A stretch of DNA of 64,000 nt from an uncultured Acidobacteriota bacterium (GTDB lineage Bacteria > Acidobacteriota > Thermoanaerobaculia > Multivoradales > SZUA-115), in the NCBI GenBank assembly GCA_963805975.1, contig CAWDVR010000002.1, positions 1,120,001 through 1,184,000 on the forward strand, read 5' to 3'. The notes under the pieces are model-generated. The model had not been told where the DNA came from. It was given only the letters and a program-made list of their open reading frames with translations, and did no database searches. This document shows positions 49,613 through 59,162 of the stretch, in pieces (within the stretch, counting starts at the first letter, position 1; each line of letters opens with the position of its first letter). Made by a program: the position numbers and the translations under genes.

Positions 49613-52600
49613 GTGAGCGATCCGGTGTGGAAAGACGCCGCGCGCGTGCTGCGCTCGAGCGCTGTCTTCGAGGCGCTGGCGGTACACCTCGGCCGTGCTT
49701 CGGCCGCGGAGCTGGTGCGCCTGCCGTTGCCGGCCGCGGCCTGGGTCGCCGAGCTCCTGTCCGAGGACACGGGCCGCCCGCTCCTCGCTGTGGTGCCGGG
49801 CGAGGCCGATGCGCTCGCCTGGCTCGAGGCGGCGGAGCTCTTCGGCAGCGCCGAACGGGGCGCCGCCGTCTACTTCCCCGGGCCGTCGCTCTCGCCCTAC
49901 CAGGAGGCGGAGACCTCTCTCCTGGTGCGCGCGCAGGAGGCGGTGGCGCTCGACGCGCTGGCCGGCGGGCGAGCCCGCACCGTGGTCTCCACTCCGCGGG
50001 CCCTCTTCCGCTTGCTGCCGGAGAGAGAAGCCTTCCGCGCCGCCGTGCTCGACATCCGAGCCGGCGAGGAACGGCCGATCGAAGAGCTGGCCCTCCACCT
50101 GGTGACCCACGGCTACCGCCGTTCGGACCTGGTGGCCGAAGTCGGCGACTTCGCGGTGCGCGGCGGCGTCTTCGATCTCTTCCCGCCGGGTGAAGAGCTG
50201 CCGCTGCGGCTCGATCTCTTCGGCGACACCGTGGAATCGATCCGTGCTTTCGACCCGCTCTCGCAGCGCTCGCAGGAAACGCGCGCCACGGCGCGGGTGC
50301 TGCCGCTGGCGCTCTTCCCCGCGGGGCCACGGGAAGCGGAACGGCTGGCCGATCTCCTGGCGGAGACCCTGGGCACCGCGGCCGGCGGCGAGGCCGGCGA
50401 GCGGCTGGCGGACCTGCGCGGTCGGGGCGGCTTCGCCGGCTGGGAGAACCTGCTGCCGCTGCTCTTCGGAGCGCAGACCGCCCTGCCCGAGCTGCTGGCG
50501 AACCCGCTCCTGGTGGCCGTCGATCCCGCGACCCTGGCGCGCGAGATCGAGCACCACGCGGAGGTGCTGGCCGTCGAGTTCGGCTCGCGCCGCGAGCACG
50601 GCCGTTTCGCTCTGCCGCCGGAGCTCGTCGAGCAGACGGCGGAACGCGTCCAGGGCCTGCTCGACGCCGCCAGCCTGCGCGTGACCGACCTGATCTCCGC
50701 TCCGGCCGAGCGCGAGGTGATCGACTTCCACGCCAGCTCGACCGATCTCTTCCAGGGCCAGCTCCCCCGCTTCCCCCGCGAGGTGGAGACCGCCCGCGCC
50801 CGCGGTGAGCGCTGCCTGCTGGTGGCCAACCCCGGTCACCGCGAGCGGCTGGCGGAGCTCCTCGCCGGCCGCGACGTGCCGCTCGGTCGGGGCGGCGTCG
50901 AGATCGTCCCCGGCGAGCTCGGGCGCGGCTTCCGCCTGCCGGCGGCCGGGGTCGCGGTCTACGGCGAGCAGCAGATCCTTCCCCGCCGCGCCCCCCTGGG
51001 CAAGAGCCCCAAGTCCCGCTTCGGGCCGTTCGTCTCGAGCCTGCGGGACTTGAAGGTGGGGGACTTCGTGGTCCACTCGGATCACGGCATTGCACAGTTC
51101 GTGGCCCTGCGCAGCGTGGGCGGCGACGCCAGCGCCCGGAAAAACCTGCCGCCCGAGCTGGCCGTGATGTTCCCGGCCGAGACCCCGGTCGAGGTGATGG
51201 AGCTCGCCTACGCTGCAGGCAAGCGCCTGCTCGTCCCCCTGGACCGCCTCGACCTGATCCAGAAGTACAGCGGCATCGAGGGGCTGGCGCCGAAGCTCGA
51301 TCAGTTGGGCGGCACCTCCTGGAACAAGACCAAGAGCCGCATCAAGAAGAGCATGCGCGACATGGCGGGCGAGCTGCTGAAGCTCTACGCCGAGCGCCAG
51401 CTCGCCCAGGCGCCGGTGATGCCGCCGGACTCCGACCTCCAGCGGCAGGTCGAGGCCGCCTTCGCCTACGAGGAGAGCACCGACCAGCTCGACGCCATCG
51501 CCGCCATCAAGGCGGACCTCGAGGGCGAGCGGCCGATGGACCGCCTGCTGTGCGGCGACGTGGGCTACGGCAAGACCGAGGTCGCCATGCGCGCCGCCTT
51601 CAAGGCGGTGGACTCCGGCTACCAGGTGGCGGTGCTGGCCCCCACCACCATCCTCGCCGACCAGCACCTCTCGACCTTTCGCCGCCGTTTCGAGGGCTTC
51701 CCGGTCACTGTCGAGATGATCTCTCGCTTCCGCACCCCGGCCGAGGTGCGCGAGATCAAGAAGCGCGCGGCCGAGGGCAAGGTCGACATCCTGGTGGGCA
51801 CCCATCGCCTGCTGTCCAAGGACATCAAGCTGCCGCGGCTCGGGCTTCTGGTGGTCGACGAGGAGCAGCGCTTCGGCGTGGCGCAGAAGGAGCGGCTGAA
51901 GCAGCTCAAGAAGGACGTCCACGTGCTCGCCATGTCGGCGACGCCGGTGCCCCGCACCCTGCAGCTCTCGCTCGCCGGGGTGCGCGACATGTCGGTCATC
52001 GAAACGCCGCCCAAGGACCGCATGGCTGTCGAGACCGCGATCCTGCCCTTCTCGTCCGACCTGATCCGCGAGGCGATCGAGTTCGAGATCGAACGCGGCG
52101 GCCAGGTGTATTACGTCTACAACCGCGTCGAGAACATCGAACGCATGCTGACCACGCTCAAGGAGATCGTGCCCCGGGCGCGCATCACCGTGGGACACGG
52201 CCAGCTCGACGAGCGCGAGCTGGCCCGGCGCATGCATGCCTTCACCGCGCGCGAGTTCGACGTGCTGCTCGCCACCACCATCATCGAGAACGGGATCGAC
52301 ATCCCCAACGTCAACACCATGGTCATCCACCGCGCCGACCGCTTCGGCCTGGCCCAGCTCTACCAGCTCCGCGGGCGCGTCGGTCGGAGCAACCAGCTCG
52401 CCTACTGCTATCTGCTGGTGGAGCGCGACCGCGTGCTGTCGGAGACGGCGAGGAAGAGGCTGGCGGCGATCCGCGAGTTCACCGACCTCGGGGCCGGTTT
52501 CCGCATCGCCGCCCGCGACCTCGAGATCCGCGGTGCGGGCAACCTCCTGGGCGCCGAGCAGAGCGGTCACATCGCGGCGGTGGGCATCGAGACCTACCTG

Positions 52601-53119
52601 AAGATGCTCGAGGAAACAGTGCGCGAGATGAAAGGCGAGGCCGTTCCGGAGGAAGGGCCGTCGACGGCGATCGATCTGCCGGTGCCGATGTCGATCCCCC
52701 ACGGCTACATCGAGGATGCCAACCTGCGCATGGAGATCTATCGCCGGATCGCCGGCGGCGACGACACCGAGGAGGCGCTCGCCGCCGAGCTCGAGGACCG
52801 CTTCGGCCCGGTGCCGCCCGAGGTCCGCATGCTGGTGCGGGTCGGCGCCCTGAAGCGGCTGGCGGAGTCGCTGCGGGTGCAGTCCATCTCGGCCCGCAAG
52901 AGCGAGCCCCACAAGCAGGAACTGGTTATTCGCATGCGGCGCGACGCGCGGGTGGACGTGGACCGCCTGATCGACCTGGTCTCGACGCGGCCGGGCGCCT
53001 CGTTCAGCCCGACGGGCATCCTGACCGTCCCCACGGCCGGCGGCGAGGCGGCGCTCGAGACGGCCTTCGACACGCTCTCCGAGCTGGCCTCGCCGATGGT
53101 CGAGGAGCTGGTGAATTGA
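49613..53119 (+). CDS. mfd: Transcription-repair coupling factor
   Basis: UvrB-like N-domain, VVHSDHGI RID, GDVGYGKT, DEEQRFG, QLRGRVGRS, TRCF C-domain. Confidence 0.97.
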   Translation: MSDPVWKDAARVLRSSAVFEALAVHLGRASAAELVRLPLPAAAWVAELLSEDTGRPLLAVVPGEADALAWLEAAELFGSAERGAAVYFPGPSLSPYQEAETSLLVRAQEAVALDALAGGRARTVVSTPRALFRLLPEREAFRAAVLDIRAGEERPIEELALHLVTHGYRRSDLVAEVGDFAVRGGVFDLFPPGEELPLRLDLFGDTVESIRAFDPLSQRSQETRATARVLPLALFPAGPREAERLADLLAETLGTAAGGEAGERLADLRGRGGFAGWENLLPLLFGAQTALPELLANPLLVAVDPATLAREIEHHAEVLAVEFGSRREHGRFALPPELVEQTAERVQGLLDAASLRVTDLISAPAEREVIDFHASSTDLFQGQLPRFPREVETARARGERCLLVANPGHRERLAELLAGRDVPLGRGGVEIVPGELGRGFRLPAAGVAVYGEQQILPRRAPLGKSPKSRFGPFVSSLRDLKVGDFVVHSDHGIAQFVALRSVGGDASARKNLPPELAVMFPAETPVEVMELAYAAGKRLLVPLDRLDLIQKYSGIEGLAPKLDQLGGTSWNKTKSRIKKSMRDMAGELLKLYAERQLAQAPVMPPDSDLQRQVEAAFAYEESTDQLDAIAAIKADLEGERPMDRLLCGDVGYGKTEVAMRAAFKAVDSGYQVAVLAPTTILADQHLSTFRRRFEGFPVTVEMISRFRTPAEVREIKKRAAEGKVDILVGTHRLLSKDIKLPRLGLLVVDEEQRFGVAQKERLKQLKKDVHVLAMSATPVPRTLQLSLAGVRDMSVIETPPKDRMAVETAILPFSSDLIREAIEFEIERGGQVYYVYNRVENIERMLTTLKEIVPRARITVGHGQLDERELARRMHAFTAREFDVLLATTIIENGIDIPNVNTMVIHRADRFGLAQLYQLRGRVGRSNQLAYCYLLVERDRVLSETARKRLAAIREFTDLGAGFRIAARDLEIRGAGNLLGAEQSGHIAAVGIETYLKMLEETVREMKGEAVPEEGPSTAIDLPVPMSIPHGYIEDANLRMEIYRRIAGGDDTEEALAAELEDRFGPVPPEVRMLVRVGALKRLAESLRVQSISARKSEPHKQELVIRMRRDARVDVDRLIDLVSTRPGASFSPTGILTVPTAGGEAALETAFDTLSELASPMVEELVN

Positions 53120-54054
53120 GCGCACGCAGCGCCCCTCACCCTAGCCCTCTCCCCGCAAGCGGGGCGAGGGGACCGGAGCACGGTCGGGTGGCGCCCTCGC
53201 CCCGCGTCAGCGGGGAGAGGGTCGGGGTGAGGGGCGCTGCTCTGTGCGCCCTTCTCCTCCTCGCCTGCCAGCGCGCGCCGCGGCCGGACACGGTGCTGCA
53301 GCTCGGTCGGCGCGAAATCTCCTACACCGAGTTTCAGACCTACCTGGCACGCAACCTGGGGTCGCTCAACGGGGGCGAGAGCGACAAGGAGCTGCCGAGC
53401 GAGGTGCTGTCCCAGCTCTTCGACCAGTTCGTCGAGGAGACCCTTCTCTCGCGGCTCGCCGTCGACAAGAAGCTCGCCCCCGAGGGCGCCGACAGCCGCA
53501 CCGCGGTGCGCGAGCTGCTGGCCGAGAGCGCTTCGCCGCCGGCTTCGCAGACCGAGCTCGCCGCCTACTACGAGGAGCGCCGCACCGAGCTCACCCGCCC
53601 CGAGCGCGTCCACCTGCGCCAGATCCTGGTCGAGAAGCGCACCGATGCGGAGCAGGCGTTGCGCGAGGTCCGTGCCGGCGCCGATTTCGGTGAGGTGGCG
53701 AAGCGGCGCTCGACCGAGCCGTCGTCGGTGCGCGGCGGCGACCAGGGGGTGCTGGCGAGGAGCGACCTGCCGCCGGCTTTCGCCGAGGCGATCTTCTCTC
53801 TCGCCCCCGGCCAGGTGAGCGACATCGTGCCCGCCGACTACGGTTTCCATCTCTTCCAGGTGCTCGAGCGCCACCCCGCCCAGCAGCTCTCGCTGGACGA
53901 GGCCGGGCCGGAGCTTGCCGTCAACCTCGATCTCGAGCGCCGAGACCGCCGCCTGGCCGAGCTCGTGGCCACGGCCCGCGCCGAGTACAATCCGGTGATC
54001 TATGAGAAAAACCTGCCCTTCAACTACATCGGCCTCTATGCGTCTCCCGGCTGA
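53116..54054 (+). CDS. Parvulin-type peptidyl-prolyl isomerase lipoprotein (alternative start GTG 53227)
   Basis: Lipobox LLLAC; HLRQILV, F.EVA...S, GGDQG, F.EA.F.L..G.VS, YGFHLF motifs. Confidence 0.85.
   Translation: MSARSAPHPSPLPASGARGPEHGRVAPSPRVSGERVGVRGAALCALLLLACQRAPRPDTVLQLGRREISYTEFQTYLARNLGSLNGGESDKELPSEVLSQLFDQFVEETLLSRLAVDKKLAPEGADSRTAVRELLAESASPPASQTELAAYYEERRTELTRPERVHLRQILVEKRTDAEQALREVRAGADFGEVAKRRSTEPSSVRGGDQGVLARSDLPPAFAEAIFSLAPGQVSDIVPADYGFHLFQVLERHPAQQLSLDEAGPELAVNLDLERRDRRLAELVATARAEYNPVIYEKNLPFNYIGLYASPG
53126..53240. repeat. Full palindromic element inside the 5' end of the PPIase ORF
   Basis: GCAGCGCCCCTCACCC...GGGGTGAGGGGCGCTGC inverted ends; reverse-complement homologue of 11090-11209. 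Confidence 0.88.
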
Positions 54055-55165
54055 CCGCCGGCCGGCTGTGCAACGGTTCCGGGTGCTCTGCCTGCTCGCC
54101 GTCGCGGCGCTGGCGAGCGCCGGCCCGGCCGCCGCCGAGGCGCTCAATCGCATCGTTCTGCAGGTCAACGGCCGCATTGCAACGCTCTACGAGTACGAGC
54201 AGAAGCTCTCCCTGCGGCGCGAGGCCCTGGAACGCTCGGACCTCGAGGTCGCCGCGAGGCAGCGTGCCCTCGAGCTGGCGCCGCAGGAGGTGATGCGCGA
54301 CATCTACCAGGATCTGCTCCTGCTGTCGCGCGCCGACCAGCTCGACATCCGGGTCAGCCGCGAGGAGCTGGAACGCCTGATCGCCGAGGTGCGCGAAGCG
54401 AACAAGTTCACCGACGACGCGGAGCTGCGCCGCGCCATCGAGCAGAGCGGCAGCACCTGGGAGACCTTCCGCGAGCAGCTCTCGGCCTCGGCGCGCTACC
54501 GGGAGCTGGTGGGCCGGGAGGTGCAGGGGCGGATCAGCCTCGAAGAGGACGACCTGCGCATGTTCTACCGCGACAACCCCGAGCTCTTCCGGGTGCCGGA
54601 AGAGCGGCAGCTCAAGGAGGTCGTGGTCTTCGACACCAGCGCGCTCTCGGCCGACGCCAGGCTGCGCCTCGCCGAGGACATCCACCGCCGGATCGATGCC
54701 GGCGAGGATCCGGCGGCAATCGTCGCCGAGACCTCGGCCGCGGGCACCACCAGCGGCGTCATCGATCTCGACTGGGTGCCGCAGGGGGACCTCGATCCCG
54801 CGCTCGAACAGGCCGTCTCCGGCCTCGCGGTCGGCAGGTCGAGCGCCCCGATCACGGCGCGCGGGGGCCTGCATGTGATCCAGCTCGTGGACCGCCACGA
54901 GGCGCGGATCCAGCCGTTCGAGGACGTGAAGGGTGCGATCGACCAGCGCGAGCGCGAGCGCCTGTTCGCCAAGGAGCTGCCGAAGTACATGGCGGAGCTC
55001 GAGCAGGCGTCCTACGTGGTGGAGAACCCGCCCCCGGAGGCGGTCGGCTTCCGCAAGGCCGACTCGACCGTCGACCCCACGGACCCGCTGAACGTCTTCC
55101 GCCGCAAGCCCGGCGACGGCGGCGAGCCGCAGGACGAGAAGAAGCCGGTCGAAGGCAAGCCCTAG
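54038..55165 (+). CDS. SurA-like chaperone / peptidyl-prolyl isomerase
   Basis: Signal peptide, 'NRIVLQVNG..T..E' SurA N-domain, C-terminal parvulin-like domain (GGLHVIQL). Confidence 0.8.
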   Translation: MRLPADRRPAVQRFRVLCLLAVAALASAGPAAAEALNRIVLQVNGRIATLYEYEQKLSLRREALERSDLEVAARQRALELAPQEVMRDIYQDLLLLSRADQLDIRVSREELERLIAEVREANKFTDDAELRRAIEQSGSTWETFREQLSASARYRELVGREVQGRISLEEDDLRMFYRDNPELFRVPEERQLKEVVVFDTSALSADARLRLAEDIHRRIDAGEDPAAIVAETSAAGTTSGVIDLDWVPQGDLDPALEQAVSGLAVGRSSAPITARGGLHVIQLVDRHEARIQPFEDVKGAIDQRERERLFAKELPKYMAELEQASYVVENPPPEAVGFRKADSTVDPTDPLNVFRRKPGDGGEPQDEKKPVEGKP

Positions 55166-55197
55166 CAGCCCTCAGGCAGCACCCCCCTCACTCAGCT

Positions 55198-55272
55198 CCC
55201 CTCACCCTAACCCTCTCCCCGCTCTCGCGGGGCGAGGGATCGGCATTGTAGGGGCGACCGGCGGTCGCCCCC
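55198..55272. repeat. Half palindromic element followed by a GTAG-type REP hairpin
   Basis: CCCCTCACCCTAACCCTCTCCCCGC..GCGGGGCGAGGG, then GTAGGGGCGACCGGCGGTCGCCCC at 55248-55271. Confidence 0.75.
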
Positions 55273-55333
55273 CTTGGCTCGAGGCTCCAGATCTCCCAGA
55301 AAACCACCCCCGGTGGAGCACCGCGGCCCCTTG

Positions 55334-55383
55334 GTGGCCCACGGTGGAAAAAGATGGACAAGAGTGGAGTCAGTTGTTAGACT
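55334..55383 (+). promoter_or_regulatory. MraZ binding boxes and dcw promoter -10
   Basis: (G/A)TGG at 55334, 55344, 55354 and 55364 (exact 10-bp period), then TAGACT at 55378. Confidence 0.8.
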
Positions 55384-55446
55384 GTCACTCAAACGCCCGT
55401 GCGTTTTCTCACGCATCGCGTCGTATCGCCTGGGGGGTAGGGGGAC

Positions 55447-55884
55447 ATGTTCCGGGGCAGCGCGCCAGCGAAGATCGACGAGAAAGGTCGGCTGAAGATC
55501 CCGACCGACTTCCGGCCGGCGCTCGAGCAGCACGGGCCGGACCTCTTCGTCACCTCCATCCGGGGCGACTCGGCTCTCCTCTACCCGCTCGCCGTGTGGG
55601 AGGAGATCGAGGATCGGCTGCGCAAGATGCCTTCCACCGACCGCGCGCGGGCGCGGTACCTCGAGCGCGCCAACTACTTCGGCCAGCAGCTCACTATCGA
55701 CAGCCAGGGCCGCATCGTCATCCCGCAGATCCTGCGCGAGTCGGCGGGCATGAACGGCGAGGTCGTGGTGCACGCGGACCTCGATCACCTGGTGGTGTGG
55801 AACCGCGAGCGCATCGCCAAGCGCCTCGCGGACGAACCGTTCAGCGAAGACGACTTCCGGGCTCTCTCCGAGCATGGGATCTAA
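55447..55884 (+). CDS. mraZ: Division/cell wall cluster repressor MraZ
   Basis: MFRG...IDEKGRL.IP..FR and IDSQGRI.IP..LR AbrB repeats. Confidence 0.95.
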   Translation: MFRGSAPAKIDEKGRLKIPTDFRPALEQHGPDLFVTSIRGDSALLYPLAVWEEIEDRLRKMPSTDRARARYLERANYFGQQLTIDSQGRIVIPQILRESAGMNGEVVVHADLDHLVVWNRERIAKRLADEPFSEDDFRALSEHGI

Positions 55885-55890
55885 CGGCCC

Positions 55891-56877
55891 TTGGACGGCG
55901 GCGGGCATGTCCCCGTGCTCCTCGGAGAGACGGTCGAGCTGCTGGCGCCCGGGCGCGGCGGCCTGTTCGTCGACTCGACCGTGGGCCTGGGCGGGCACGC
56001 CGAGGCGATCCTCGCCGCCTCGGCCGAAGCGATCCTGGTCGGCATCGACCAGGACCCCCGGGCGCTCGAGCTGGCCGGCCGGCGGCTCGCTCCCTTCGGC
56101 TCGCGCGTGCGCCTGGTCGAGGGCAGCTTTCGCCGCCTGGCAGACCTCCTGGCCGGCCTCGAGCCGCCCTTCGGCCAGCGTGCTCCGGCCGGCATCCTGG
56201 CCGATCTCGGCGTCTCTTCGCTGCAGCTCGACTTGGCCGAGCGCGGCTTCAGCTTCCGGCGGCAAGGTCCGCTCGACATGCGTATGGGCCGCGACGGGCT
56301 CCCTGCCGCGGAGGTCGTGAACACCTACCGGGAGGCGGCTTTGGAAAAGATCATCCGCGACTTCGGCGAAGAACCCCAGGCGAGGCGGATCGCGCGCGCC
56401 ATCGTGGCGCGGCGCGAAGAGCAGCCCTTCGTCACCACCACGGACCTCGCCGAGGTGGTGGCGCGGGCCAAGGGCGGCCGTCCCAAGCGTTCGCGGGCTG
56501 AGGGCGCCCGCCGGCGCAGCAAGGGCGAGCCGCGCGAAGGGCGCATCGACCCGGCGACGCGCGTCTTCCAGGCGCTGCGCATCGAGGTCAACCAGGAGCT
56601 CGCCGCTCTCCCCGAGCTGCTGGACCAGGCCGTGAACCTGCTCGAGCAGGACGGGCGGCTGGTGGTGATCTCCTACCACTCGCTCGAGGATCGGGTGGTC
56701 AAGAACACGCTCCGCGACCTGGCCCGCGGCGAGGTGGACGAGATCACCGGCCGGCCGCGCTGGGAGACCCAGGTGATCGAGGTGCTGACCAAGCGCCCCA
56801 CCCGTCCCCTGCCGCAGGAGGTCTCCGCCAACCCCCGCTCGCGCTCCGCCCGGCTGCGTGCCGCCCGCCGGCTCTGA
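55891..56877 (+). CDS. rsmH: 16S rRNA m4C1402 methyltransferase RsmH
   Basis: HVPVLL.E, D.T.GLGGH, DLGVSSLQLD, PLDMRM, FQALRIEVNQEL, SYHSLEDR, NPRSRSARLR. Confidence 0.96.
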   Translation: MDGGGHVPVLLGETVELLAPGRGGLFVDSTVGLGGHAEAILAASAEAILVGIDQDPRALELAGRRLAPFGSRVRLVEGSFRRLADLLAGLEPPFGQRAPAGILADLGVSSLQLDLAERGFSFRRQGPLDMRMGRDGLPAAEVVNTYREAALEKIIRDFGEEPQARRIARAIVARREEQPFVTTTDLAEVVARAKGGRPKRSRAEGARRRSKGEPREGRIDPATRVFQALRIEVNQELAALPELLDQAVNLLEQDGRLVVISYHSLEDRVVKNTLRDLARGEVDEITGRPRWETQVIEVLTKRPTRPLPQEVSANPRSRSARLRAARRL

Positions 56878-56895
56878 GACCCTTCGAGACCCGCC

Positions 56896-57249
56896 TTGAA
56901 GACCCCCTACGTCCACACCCCGGCGAGAAACGGCGACAACGCCTTCCTGCGGCGCGAGCGCGACCGGCGCAAGCGCCGCGAGCTGCTGCTGGTGGTGGTC
57001 GCCCTGCTGCCGTTGGGCCTCGGCCTCCTGCTCTACACCTGGGTGCAGCTCGAGACGCTCCGCGCCGGCTACCGCATCACCCAGCTCGAGCGCCGGCTCC
57101 ACGGCCTCGGCCGGCAGGAGCAGCAGCTCGAGCTCCAGGCCGCGGACCGGGCGCGGCCCGGAGAGATCGAGGCGCGGGCGGTCGCCAAGCTCGGCATGGA
57201 GCACCAGAGCCAGGCGCAGACGATCTATCTCGAGGAGCTGCCGCCGTGA
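56896..57249 (+). CDS. ftsL: Cell division protein FtsL
   Basis: Basic N-terminus, single TM, coiled coil, 'IE..A..KLGM'; position between rsmH and ftsI. Confidence 0.85.
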   Translation: MKTPYVHTPARNGDNAFLRRERDRRKRRELLLVVVALLPLGLGLLLYTWVQLETLRAGYRITQLERRLHGLGRQEQQLELQAADRARPGEIEARAVAKLGMEHQSQAQTIYLEELPP

Positions 57250-59162
57250 GCGAAGCGGTGCGGGCAGCGCGCCCGGGGCGCTCCCAGCAGGGTCGCCGCC
57301 GGTTGATCGTGTTGCTCTCGGTGCTCGGTACCTGGTTCCTGGCCTCGGCGGTGCGCCTCGTCTATCTGCAGGTCGAGCGTCACGAGCACTACGTCGATCT
57401 CGCCGAGCGGCAGCAGCAACGGGTGGTCGAGCTCGCCCCGCCGCGCGGCGCCATCTACACCCGCGACGGCCGCGAGCTCGCCCTCTCGGGGCCGGCCGAC
57501 TCGGTCTACGCCGTGCCCGCCCGGGTGCCGGACCCGCAGGCCACGGCGCGGGCGCTCGCCCGGGTGCTCGACGTCGACGCCGCGGAGCTCGCCGGCAAGC
57601 TCGGCGCAGCCAAGGCCACCGGCCGCGGCTGGTTCCTGTGGGTCAAGCGCCAGGTGACGCCCGAGCAGGCGGCGGCGGTCGCCGCGCTCGAGCTGCCGGG
57701 AGTGGCGCTGCGCGAGGAGGCCAAGCGCTTCTATCCGCAGGGTGAGCTCGCCGCGCACGTGGTGGGCTTCGTGGGCACCGACGGCCATGGCCTGGCCGGC
57801 CTCGAGCAGACTTTCGACAAGCAGATCTCGGGCAAGATGGCGCGGCGCGTGGTGCTGCGCGATGCCGGCGGCCGGGTGGCCGTGGACCCCGACCTCGGCT
57901 GGAGCGAGGCCGAGTCCGGCCGCGACCTCTACCTGACGATCGACTCGACGCTCCAGCACCTGGCCGAGCGCGAGCTGGCGCAGAAAGCGGAGGCCTTCGG
58001 CGCCCGCACCGGCAGCGCCGTGCTCCTCGATCCGTGGACCGGCGCCGTGCTGGCCATGGCCTCGTTCCCGACCTTCGACCCCAACCGCTTCGGCGAGGCG
58101 CCCCGCGGCACCAGCCGCACGGCCGCCGTCGACCGCAAGGAGCGCTGGAAGAACCGCGTCATCGAGGACGCTTTCGAGCCCGGCTCCTCGTTCAAGATGG
58201 TGACCGTGGCCGCCGCCCTGGGCGCCGACCTGATGGACTCGACGGACGTCTTCGACTGCGGCATGGGCCAGATCATGGTCTACGGCAAGCTGATCCGCGA
58301 CCACAAGCCCTTCGGCCTCTTGACGCTGCGCGACGTGATGGCCAAGTCCAGCAACGTGGGCGCCATCAAGGTGGGCCTCAAGGTGGGCGACGACCGGCTC
58401 TACCGGCAGATCGCCGACCTGGGGTTCGGCCGGAAGACCGGCATCGAGCTGCCCGGCGAGAGCGCCGGCATCCTGGCGGCGCGCGACAAGTGGCAGCCGA
58501 TCAGCAAGGCCTACATCTCCTTCGGCCAGGGCATCGCCGTGACCTCGATCCAGCTCGCCACCTCCTTCGCCGCGGTGGCCAACGGCGGCAAGCTCCTCCA
58601 GCCCTACCTGGTCGAGGCCGTGGGCGGGCGCGGCGAGGTCGAGGTGCTGCACGACGGGCCCACGGTGGTGCGCCAGGCGATGTCCGCCTCCACCGCGCGG
58701 CAGGTGGAGCGCCTGCTGGAGGCCGTGACCATGGAGGGCGGGACCGGCACCAAAGCCGCGGTGCCCGGCTACCACGTGGCCGGCAAGACCGGCACCGCGC
58801 AGATGGCCGAGAAGGGCCGCTACTCGCTGACCGACCACATGGCGGTCTTCGCCGGCTTCGCTCCCGGCCGCGAGCCGCTGGTGGTGGGAGCGGTGATGGT
58901 CGAGCGGCCGCGCGGCGACTTCCACGGCGGCAGCGTCGCGGCGCCGGTCTTCGGCGGCATCATGGGCCAGGCGCTGCTCTATCTCGGCCGGCGGCCGGAG
59001 CGCGACGCGCTCGAGCGCTGGCCCGGCGAGCGCGATCCGGCCGACAACCCGGTGCGGCTGGCGAGCCTCGACCCGGCGCCGGCGGCCGAGATCGAGGACG
59101 AGCCGCCGTTCGACGCGGAGCCCGCTCCGCAGGCCGCGGCCAGAGAGCCGGGAGCCGAGTGA
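57246..59162 (+). CDS. ftsI: Penicillin-binding protein 3 (FtsI)
   Basis: RGAIY.RDG, R.YPQG, EPGSSFK (SxxK), KSSN (SxN), KTGT. Confidence 0.93.
   Translation: MSEAVRAARPGRSQQGRRRLIVLLSVLGTWFLASAVRLVYLQVERHEHYVDLAERQQQRVVELAPPRGAIYTRDGRELALSGPADSVYAVPARVPDPQATARALARVLDVDAAELAGKLGAAKATGRGWFLWVKRQVTPEQAAAVAALELPGVALREEAKRFYPQGELAAHVVGFVGTDGHGLAGLEQTFDKQISGKMARRVVLRDAGGRVAVDPDLGWSEAESGRDLYLTIDSTLQHLAERELAQKAEAFGARTGSAVLLDPWTGAVLAMASFPTFDPNRFGEAPRGTSRTAAVDRKERWKNRVIEDAFEPGSSFKMVTVAAALGADLMDSTDVFDCGMGQIMVYGKLIRDHKPFGLLTLRDVMAKSSNVGAIKVGLKVGDDRLYRQIADLGFGRKTGIELPGESAGILAARDKWQPISKAYISFGQGIAVTSIQLATSFAAVANGGKLLQPYLVEAVGGRGEVEVLHDGPTVVRQAMSASTARQVERLLEAVTMEGGTGTKAAVPGYHVAGKTGTAQMAEKGRYSLTDHMAVFAGFAPGREPLVVGAVMVERPRGDFHGGSVAAPVFGGIMGQALLYLGRRPERDALERWPGERDPADNPVRLASLDPAPAAEIEDEPPFDAEPAPQAAAREPGAE

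Noticed and set aside
48986-53125. 1379-aa minus-strand ORF and other long antisense ORFs (5800-8241, 46172-49072, 57225-59369)
   Set aside because: Shadow frames of mfd, lptD, the TBDR and ftsI, caused by high GC3; no domain motifs.
55334-55367. 10-bp periodic GTGG repeats as a novel repeat
   Set aside because: They match the established MraZ operator architecture upstream of dcw clusters.
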